Origin: Sphagnum compactum
Lineage: Eukaryota
Length of the DNA: 64,000 nt
Assembly: GCA_965153455.1 (NCBI GenBank)
Contig: OZ234493.1
Coordinates: 4,712,001 to 4,776,000, forward strand
Reading direction: 5' to 3'
Of this stretch, positions 54,495 to 64,000 are shown piece after piece. The translations under genes and the position numbers were made by a program. The notes below the pieces were generated by a model. That model saw only the letters and a program-made list of their open reading frames with translations, ran no database searches and was not told the origin of the DNA. Positions within the stretch are counted from its first letter, which is position 1. Each line of letters begins with the position of its first letter.

Positions 54495-55031
54495 GGCCAG
54501 GGTGAAACACCACCCACACTAGTACCTTCTTCACCTTCTTGTGTGAGGCCTCTTTGAGGCTGAATTAAACCCAAGAAATGTTAGATTTGGACTCAGAGAC
54601 CCTGATTAGTCTAAGCCTGAGATATTTATACTATTTAGAAGCAATGGTTTTCACCATGTTACCACTGTGGGTGCTGGATCACCCAAGGTGTACCTATGCA
54701 ATGGCCACCTACGCAATGGCCACCAAGTGCTTTACCTACTTTACCTTTCAACATAGTAAACAATTTGATTCCCTGTATACTTACCTTCGATACTTATCCA
54801 CTTACATAGGTAGTTCCATTTGTAGTGTGAGGGTACATATAAGGTAGGACTTGAGGTGACTACTATGGTTAGTACACAGGTGAAGGGTAGTAGGGAGGTA
54901 GGTAGTTGAAACAGAAACTGAGATACCACCATAGTTAGCTAATGCATAGCAACCCAATGGAAAAGTATTTCCTGTCCACCCACCATCCATTACTCATGGT
55001 GGACTACTGGATATGTTGGTTCACTCTGGCC
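54495..55031. mobile_element. MITE family A relative with a different interior
   Basis: Starts GGCCAGGGTGAAACACCACCCAC and ends GTTGGTTCACTCTGGCC. Confidence 0.7.
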
Positions 55032-56094
55032 TGCAGCAACTTGGGAAGGCAGGATTCTTTTGGTGTATGAGATTCAGACTAAGTCTACATTGCCAGAAAT
55101 TGTTGAAGCTGGGTGTTAATAGACCACTCCAAGTTTTCTATGTAGATGAGTTCAGGATTTTACTACCAGAACCCAGCAAACTACGTTTTCAAGGATGCAA
55201 TCTCAAAAGCAAACAGGGAACATCCCTGAAGTGGCCAAAGCTGGTGCTCCAGAGTAGTCAACAGAAAAGTAGGGGTAGATCAAATCCTATCGAACAATTT
55301 TGTGATGACAAACTGGAGAGTTTCAAGAAGGAACAAGCCAGCTTGTGATGACAAACTGGAGAGTTCAAGAAGGAACAAGCTCTTGAAGATGGTTCTAAAG
55401 CTTGCTGATAACAAACTCAGGAATTTGAGAAGGACCATGCTCATGAAAATGGTCCTAAGACAGAAGGTCAAAAAAAGAGCATTCAGGCAGCTTGAAGAAC
55501 CCTAATAACAGATAGGAGCCCTAACCAGACTTCTCTCCTTCCATGACTTGCAAGGGAATTTCACACAAGATATTGCAAGCAGCTAATGCACCTCTGCAAG
55601 AAGGTCCACACCATCTATGATTACCTCATCCCTCAACAGATGCAAGGTTATATCATAACAAACTCTTGCCATCACTTTTGGAAATGTGACAAAAAACTCC
55701 AGATGCAGTTAAATTGTTACATAATTGTTTGCACTCAGTTTTTGACAAATTAGTATATACAATTGTTCCCACTATTGAGACTTGAGAGCTGATTAGTCAG
55801 TGGGTAGTAATGGCAGCTAATCATTCCCTTTAATGATGAAGATGAACAAATGCTACTTGTACAATTACGGTGGGCAGCCAGCATCTTGATCCACCCAAAT
55901 ATACAGATATGTCAGTTTTCAGTACACTCCTGGGTCTACAAAATAGATTCTATCAGAGTTTTTGTTGACCTGTACCAAGCCTCTGGGCAGAGCATTGTCT
56001 CAACTATGACAAATACCAGGGAACCAGAAAGTCCTCACCCCACACACAGACATCTGATTATCACACTGTTTGTAGGGGTAACTAGACTATCTAA

Positions 56095-59000
56095 TTATCT
56101 GCCTTCCTCAATTCTATCTTCCATTAGTCTGGTATGTGGCGTGGAACCATAATCAATGGGTGGATACTCACCACTGTAGTTGCTGGAGTAACCCAATGGG
56201 TCAGGAGGAGCTCTAGTAGTTAGATCACTCCTTATACTCTCAGTCCTGACACTGCTGGCTACTGATGACCCAGTCGCCTGCTGCAATTGATGCACTGGCC
56301 TCTCCAGGGCATTCTGTTGCACAGGATCCCCACTTGCATTATCACTCATTTGTGAATGACCTGTTGGCCCTGGTTCCTCTCTGTTCCCAGTTCTAACTGA
56401 TACAGATCCTTCTTCTCTAACATCAATAAGACCTTCTCTGGAATTCAAATCAGATTGCATCTCTGTGCTGGACAGATTGGCATCATATTGAATTGATATG
56501 CCTGTTGTGTACTCACTGCCTAGCTTCTGATTGTTGAGTGCAATTTTATGCAACTTCTGCATATCAGCATTATACTGCTGAGTGTCATAATCTGAGCTCC
56601 CTCCACCAAAGCGGCTACCACCGAAGACAAAATTGTGCTCAACACTATGACCTGGCTTTGAGCCCTGGTATAAAGCAGCAATATCTGTGTCACTTTCCAG
56701 TGCTCGAATAACCTGTTCCAAGATCAGATGAGAAGTTAAAATCAGAGAACCACTTTTCCAGAAACGATAACTTACAACAGAATGTAACATGTTTGAGAGA
56801 GGATGATGCAGGAATGAAAAACTAGACTAACCTGAGCCATTTTGGGACGCTTGGATGCAGAATGGCGAACACAAGCAGCAGCCACTTCAATCATGCAAAT
56901 CATCTCCTTTACATCATAATTGTTTCCAAGTTCTGGGTCCACAAGCTGTTCAACATTTCCCTCTTCCAACATGACTGTCATCAGTGGACGGGCCCACTCA
57001 ACCAAGCTTTCATTCCCAATTGGCTGTCTTAGGTCAACAGGTTTTCGCCCTGTTATGAGTTCCAGCAACACGACTCCAAATGAGAACACATCTGATTTTT
57101 CTGTCAACTTTCCACTTGCTGCATATTCTGGGGCCAAATACCCAAATGTTCCCATCACACGGGTAGTCACATGTGTATTTGCGTCTGAAGCTAATTTTGC
57201 AAGTCCAAAATCTGCAACCTGTTGAAACATGTATCATTTGGAGACATTACCCACAACCCCCCAGGAGGCTCTTTCTTTCCAATTTGCTAATCTTGATTTC
57301 AGTAGATGTCTCCAAGAATTTTGAGTTGCTCAGCAATGTTCTTCAAGTTTTCTATGCATCTTTTCATAGAGCACCACACTTCTGCACTCCCATTGAACCC
57401 AAAAATAAAAACAGGTAAAGGGAGGCACTTAGTTTGTCAACTGTGTACACTATTGACTGGCTCCTCACACTATGTACCTACTACCGTCATTTTAGAGGTG
57501 GTCACTTTCTATTGCCTAACCCTCACCCCAGGTTTGGCCTAGGTGTGACAACTTGCAATGCAGCCATGAGTCCCAACAACTTGGCCTACTAGCTTTGTGA
57601 CTGCCCATTGACCAAAAAACATATCTCAAAGTTGTAGAACCACCTGACATGACCCCTGTGAGTAGAATCAAGATTGCAATAGTAAATCAGTGGTCATAAT
57701 GATTTAATCTGAAGTAATGGGAGCACCCTAATTCTCGATATCTTCACCAGAGCCTTGTTTGGATTGAGTTTTGGATAAAACATGCAGTTGGTAAGATCCA
57801 CATTGATTCCTCAAGCAGCATACCTGAGCGTCAAAGTTCTTGTCAAGCAAAATGTTGGAGGCTTTGATGTCACGGTGGATAATACGGGGGTTACAGTCTT
57901 CATGAAGGTATGCAAGTCCACGTGCAGCCCCAACTGCAACTTTTACTCTTGTGGCCCAGTCCATCACAACCCCTTGCTTCTTGCCTGCATAACCCAAAGT
58001 TCCAGCAAAACCCCATAACCACATAGCACACCCAACCTTTCCTTCACACTGAACCAGAGTATAGTGTTTTGCCACCCCTCATGCAGATTCAGATTCTAGC
58101 ATATGCTCAGGCACCAAATATCTATGCACTCACCATGAAGATTATCATCAAGTGTGCCATTAGGAACAAAGTCATACACCAACAATCGCTGGTTATCAGC
58201 AATGCAATAGCCAACAAGAGACACCAAGTGACGGTGATGAATCCGGCTAATGATTTCAACTTCAGCTCTGAATTCACGGTCACCCTGACCACCACCAACA
58301 GTAAGCTGCTTCACTGCAACAACTTGACCATTCGGCAAGTGTCCTCTATAAACACGACCAAACCCACCTTCTCCAAGAAGGTTAGAAGCCACAAATCCAT
58401 CGGTAGCAATGTTCAACTCATCATAAGTGAACCATGATCTTGAGTTCCCTACACTTGGTGAGTTCTGTAGGAGTCGTGGGATTTTTCCAGCACCTACTGC
58501 TGCTGCTGCTGCTGCCAAATTGTAGCCTGGCTGTGGCTCAGATGGAGGATCATAAGGGTCAGAACGGTACTTCCTACCACCTGCTTTAAGAGCACCCACA
58601 CCTTCAGGCCCCTGACGCAGTGCCCCTTGACCACCAGTGCCATAAGCCTTGCTGGTTTTCTTCTTCAAGCAGCACCAGATCAACATTAGGAGAAAGATAA
58701 TTGTGATCAGTCCTACTCCTGCAGCAATTCCAATCACAGCTGCTGGTGGAAGTGAGGATGAAGATGATGAAGAGGACAAAGCAATCCCATTTGAAGGAGG
58801 TGGGGGAGCAGCACGGTTCCTGTGAGATGGAGGACTATTGACAGCTGAGTAGGGGGGTGGTGGTGGTGGTGAGGGAATGCTTGGAGCAAGGGAGTTAGGA
58901 GCATGGGATGGGGAAGGTGACAAACTGGGTGGTGGGGAGGAGGGAGGAGAATTAGGACTCAGGAGGGTCGGTGCAGGTGTAGGATTTGAAGGTGCCAGAG

Positions 59001-59199
59001 GAGATATAATGACTGCTGGGGATGGAGCTGCCAATGGAACAACTGGTGGGGGTGGGGGAGGAACAGTAGGTGAAAGGGCAGGCTGTGAAAGTACAGGATG
59101 AGTTGCAGATGGCTGAGCACCCAAGGGTAGTGTAGATGAGGGACTAGGTGTTGCAGTCCCAGGAATCAGTGGGGATGCCCCTGCTGGAGCAGCTGACAT
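56095..59199 (-). CDS. PERK: Proline-rich extensin-like receptor kinase (PERK family); join complement(58134..59199, 57824..57984, 56832..57218, 56095..56712), about 743 aa
   Basis: Pro/Ser-rich N-terminus without a signal peptide, a TM helix ([25 protein letters not shown]) and all kinase motifs: [70 protein letters not shown]-like tail YNADMQKL. All three introns are GT..AG, and exon lengths 1066+161+387+618 sum to 2232 nt, in frame. Confidence 0.95.
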
Positions 59200-60420
59200 A
59201 TTTCCAGATACTTAGTCAAATACAAATCACAGAATCCTCAAGAATCACCATCTCCTATAATAAGTCTCTGCGCTGGTACCAATGACGACTTGTAGCCAAA
59301 CCCAAATGAAAACCAACACAGGAGTATTTCCTGAAGAGTTTCATCTGCTGGTCGGTACTTCAGAATATCCAGTTCCCTTCAGAATGGTAATCTAAGATGA
59401 TGGATAACCACTGAACCAGTTCCATTGGTGATAGAGACATGTATGTTCAAAGCACCTAAGAATGAACATGATAACCTGGTTGTTGCTGTGACACAAACAC
59501 TCCATCACTGCCAATAGAGATATACATGCTGCTGGCTTTTAGTTCTCCTCCTCCTGTATGATACAATCCAGTCTAGCCTCAGAAGACGGAAAAATCCAAG
59601 AGTATCCACCCTCAAAACCAATACGTCATCCAGGGGGAGTGAAGTGATGGAAAGGTTGCTAATGTAAAAGGAGACTGCAATTCAATTGAACACCGTGCCT
59701 CTTCTAGAGAGAATATGAGCACTATGATCGATCGGCTTGTTGGCTTCGTCCACACAGAATATAAAATTTTCACTTGCGTCTGTGTTGTTGTGTAGTAAGG
59801 TTTCACAAGCGACTTCGGTCCTTTCCATTCTAACATGACACATGTGTATGCATAGTTGTTGGCTGTGACACAAAAAACAACATTGCAATTGAGGAGAGGA
59901 TTTGATTGTTTGCGAGAGCGTTACCTGAGAAGTTTGATGTTGCGACTTGCCTTCTCTAACTTGCAGCAGCGTCAAAGGAATGTCTGTCTGTCTGTCTGTG
60001 TACCCGATTTATACCTGACACGATGATTCTGAGCATCCGGCGGCAAATGTGCAACAAACAAACTCCTGCTCTTGGAACCCGCAACAGATGAAAAAACAAA
60101 TAATGACACTAAAAAAACAAAAACACAAAAAACTACAAGAACTCTGAAGGAACTCGTCGGATCCGTTGAGTTTTGTAGGCTATTACGACCGTGGAGAGGA
60201 GAGAGAGCGAGAGAGCGCGCGAGCGAGAGAGGGAGAAGAGACGTAAGTGGGAGAGGAGAGGAAAATAAAACGTTTGCGCTGCAAGAAGACCACCCAGACG
60301 GCCCGCGGTGAACAAGTTACAGCCACAGTCACCGCGCGGTTGACCGCGACAGAGGCTCGTTGAAAACTTATGTGCTGTGCGAAGCAGTGCTTTTTCTGGG
60401 GGCAATTTTGTGTTATAGCC
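59200..60420 (-). promoter_or_regulatory. Putative 5' leader and core promoter of the PERK gene
   Basis: GC-richer unique sequence with a CT-rich (Y-patch-like) tract on the minus strand at about 60195-60260. Candidate leader splice donors CAG|GTAT (60014) and CAG|GTAAC (59924). Confidence 0.5.
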
Positions 60421-60662
60421 AAAGTGGCGATGATACAAAGGAAGATTTAGCCAGTTTTGGCTAAAAGCTAAATATGAAAGTATATATATAATATTTTTAT
60501 GTATTTTGGCTAATTACTTGAACTATGTATAAAAATATTTTCGATTTTTCTTATTTTTTGGTAGAATCATGGCTATCGAAAATAGCTAAAAGCACATGAT
60601 TTTAGCTCTTTTTGTTTTAATGTAGCATTTTGGCTTATATAGCCTGCAAAAAAACAAGGCTG
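60385..60662. mobile_element. Small CAG...CTG-ended MITE-like repeat; related pieces at 30770-30930, 32350-32641, 60879-61013
   Basis: Starts CAGTGCTTTTT and ends AAAAAACAAGGCTG. Shares TAGCCAAA/TTTGGCTA motifs with 30770-30930 and 32350-32641; 60879-61013 shares the CAGTG-type end. Confidence 0.5.
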
Positions 60663-61179
60663 GTGCCTCTGCAAAGCCCTGCCTTTTGTTTGCATGGGCT
60701 TCTTTTTAACCTTCTGCACCATACTTTCTTATCCTCCACATTTCATTCCTGCAGTAAAGTTTTCTAAAAATTCACCTTGGTTGTCTTTCATCGTCTTGGT
60801 TCCTTTTACTTTTTCAAATCTTTTGTTTACTTCATTCATTTTTTATACCTGCTCTGATTTTCATTAACCCTTCTGTAGCAGTGTATTTTTCATTTTTTAA
60901 ATCTAAAAATTGGCAAAATAAGGTGAATTTACATTAAAGTTTCCAAAATTCCAAAATTTTCTTAAATTCTTTGTCAAAAGATTGCAAAATTTTTCTAGGA
61001 AAGAAAAACACTAGCCTATATACAAAAAAGGCTTATAATATCAGTAAGATCACTATATAGAACTTGGTGTCAAATAGATTGTGTGTATGTGTGTAGAAAA
61101 AAATGTTATGGCCAATGAAATTGTTAGATTTGATGGTCTGAACTTTTTCTTTTTTAATTATCTTGAATGAACTAATAGT

Positions 61180-63780
61180 TAAACCTTTGGGCATGTTAAG
61201 GAGTTTTCACACGTTGCTGCATACTCGCCCCTTTTGTTTCAACTTCAACATCATCAAATATTATTTGCGTGTTGCACGCCTTACATCCTTTAGATTCGGA
61301 CTCCCCCTATTCGGACTCATGGATGGAATTTTAGCCAAACATGGATGTGGAGCTCTCTTTGGATTCTTTTAAGTTAATTTTTTTTAATGCATGTCCCATT
61401 TGTCAACATGCAGTTTGGTAGGCATGGTGTTCAAACATTTCCAACATATTTTTGACCTTGAAGATTCAACTAATGATTTCATTCAGTTTCATCTATTGAG
61501 TTCCCATGTGGCTTATGGTCACATCTCACAATCCATTGCTTGCATTTTTGGTGTCATTAGGCTTTTAGCTTTGGCCAAGCCCTCAAGTGGCATCTAGTCA
61601 ATTGCAATGGACAAAGCTTTTATCAGTTGATGGGTAGTGCAATCTATAATTCTGTGACATGTTCTTTTCTCACTTGTTGCTGCATCCATTCAACGTGATG
61701 GTTAAGGGTGGTTACAAATTAGTGATCCATGGTATTCAAATTGCTTTGAGTGTTCATCCCAATTGAGTGATGCTTTAGGTGGACGTAATGAACACCTTTA
61801 ACACCATCTCACATAGGGTCATCCTTTAAGTGTTTTGAATGACAAGAGGTTAGTTGTTTTATCTTTTCCTTTTTGTTTGTTCCTTTTATGCCCTTCAGCT
61901 TCCTTTGGTTTTGAGGCATCACTTCTCCTCATGAGATTTATTTGTCATGCTTTCAATTAAGGACACACGTCAAGGTGTGTACCCCTAATTGAAAGCATGT
62001 TAAGCCTCTTTTTGTGTTCATTCATTTCTATGTTTTGTGTGTTTTTAAAGTGTTTTTCACTCATGTTTTTTCCTTTCAAAGTCAATAACATCCATATTTT
62101 CAGCCCTACCCATGTTGTTCCCCTTGCCTTTGATCATTTTGCTTCCCATTTGGCCTATGGATTGTTCAACCTTGCAAGTGCTCACTTAGGCCCCTTCCAG
62201 CTTGCTTCTTGGGTTTGCCCTCCCAATTGGTTTATGTTGCCATGTTGATGGCACTAGGATCTTAGGCATCCATTTTGGATCCAATTATTTATCCTCATCC
62301 TATTTGCAAGATGTTTTAAATGAACATGTTTGCCATGCTAATAATGCATTCCCAAGGTTAGGGGATGTCCACGTAGCATTTGGGATCTTCTCTTGGTGTT
62401 TCATTCAAAGGCCTTACTATTTGCTATGTTAAACCCCCCCCCCCCCCCCCCCCCACCACCTTTCTTTTGGGTTTTCAATGCCAATTTAACATTTTTTGTT
62501 CAACTATGTTAGGAGTTTTTGAAAGGCTTTTAGGCCTAGGCTCTTTGGAATGCCTTTCCGCTCCCTTAGTCTATTGGTAGGTTTGCCTCCCCATTTTTAA
62601 TGGAACTTAAGCTTCATTTTTATAAAGGGCATTACAATGGCCTATTTAAGGAGTTGGGTTTTATTTGCCCCCATCATATCCTTTGGGTTCTTGTTAGACT
62701 CTCGCGCATTTTTATTGGAAGCAATTGGAACAAGTAATTCAAGTTTGTTAATTTTTCAAGCACATATGAGGTTGGTGTGGGGAGTTGTCATAAGATCTTT
62801 TTCCCCTAATGATAGTGGCATGTGTATCCCCATTTGAACAATTGGTAGAAAAGAGGAGCAAATTGGCTTTAAGAAAATATTTCAAAAAGATTACATGACC
62901 ATTCTTTTTTAACATCATTTCTAATTTGCCTTTTGATTGACATAGGGCACACTTGATATCTTGTGTGGGGTTGAGTGTGGGTGCATGGCTATCGACTCAC
63001 CCAATGATCATTATTTTTCCAATTAGCTTCAAAAAAAAATCTCCATTATGTTGTGCACTTGGTTGGGCTTCCCCCATCTTTCAACCCTTGGTTTGCCACA
63101 TTGCATTTGTGACTAACCTTTAGACCCTATGGGGATCCACCTTTTTCATTGCACCCATGGTGGGTAAAAATGTCTTCTCATGATGCTGTGTGGGATGTTT
63201 TTGCATCTATTGTGAGGGATGCGAAATTTCATGTCTTACATCAATAGACCCATGTTTTTCCACCACTTGCCCTTCAATTTTCGCATCAATGGGTTGACAT
63301 TGTGATTTTGGTGGATGGTGTTCGAATGTTGGTTAATGTCATCATCGATGACCCTATTCACTTGAGTAGATCTGTTTCAAATGTAATTATATTTCATGGG
63401 TTGTCACAATAGTCATGGGCTTTTAAGGATGGCTTTTATCACGATCAATAGCTTAGTGGGCATGTTTCTCCCTCTAGCCATATAAGTCTTTGGGTGTTTG
63501 CATCAACATGCCGATGGTTTTTTTCATCAATGTGTTAACATGGTGTGGAAAGCAAAGGGCATTGGAGGCCCTTTTGTTTTAGTTTTGCATTCATTTTATA
63601 AGCGTAAGGTGTTGGTGGCATTACAAATGAACGTAGGCGACTTTTATTTTGGAACATTTTGTTACCATAATTGAAGGTTTTTTTAAGCTAGGCATTTTTT
63701 CATGTGTTCCTCCCCTCTCCTTATTTGATATGCTTCTCATGATTGAAAGGGGTTTGGGTATTTGATTTGTTCCCATTCCC
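61180..63780 (+). mobile_element. Decayed non-LTR retrotransposon, CRE-like (RT plus CCHC finger plus restriction-like endonuclease)
   Basis: Fragmented motifs in the expected order: LHALHP, RLLALAKPSSGI*SIA (cf. G.RPIAVG), VDVMNTFNTISH, TRQG..P, GTRILGIHFGS, GAWL, CIC..PLDPMGIHLFHC.HGG, HDAV.D, VDIV...V.V.I.DP, FLPLAI*VFG.LH. Many stops and frameshifts. Confidence 0.85.
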
Positions 63781-64000
63781 TTTACAAAAAAATTTGTTTG
63801 CCAAGACTTGGGTCTTTCCATCTTTGTTGGGTGCTTTATTTTATTGATGATTGGCAACTTTAATCATTTTTTAGTTATCAAGTTAATGAAATAACAATTT
63901 AATGTGTAAAATAGATAAGTTGGTGAATGAACATTTAAGAATTCAAAGGAAATGAAATGTTCACACATTGTTTTTTTGGTTCTAAAGTTCTAAAAAAATT

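Noticed and set aside
56920..59101. Plus-strand ORFs overlapping the kinase
   Set aside because: Antisense shadows of PERK coding exons.

Overview
AT-rich eukaryotic DNA from a land plant. A bryophyte or moss is likely, inferred from gene style and repeat families and not provable from this window. One intact protein-coding gene is clear: a 4-exon PERK-type proline-rich receptor-like kinase on the minus strand (56095-59199, about 743 aa). A second, apparently multi-exon minus-strand transcription unit (about 24.8-30.1 kb) has a CT-rich leader, only a short 72-aa ORF and two mutually similar micro-exons. The rest is largely nested transposon debris. Coding remnants are a decayed CACTA TnpD transposase, a decayed CRE-like non-LTR retrotransposon (RT, CCHC finger, restriction-like endonuclease), a decayed AP-type (EEP) endonuclease and a duplicated matrin-type zinc finger. 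Non-coding repeats include several non-autonomous CACTA-like elements (some with CACAA or CACCG ends and swapped internal modules), several MITE families, a short Helitron, a ~10-bp-period array, and a ~60-bp hairpin-bearing tandem array split by two insertions. No rRNA, tRNA or CRISPR array was found. I found no intact novel system; the best leads are listed as findings.
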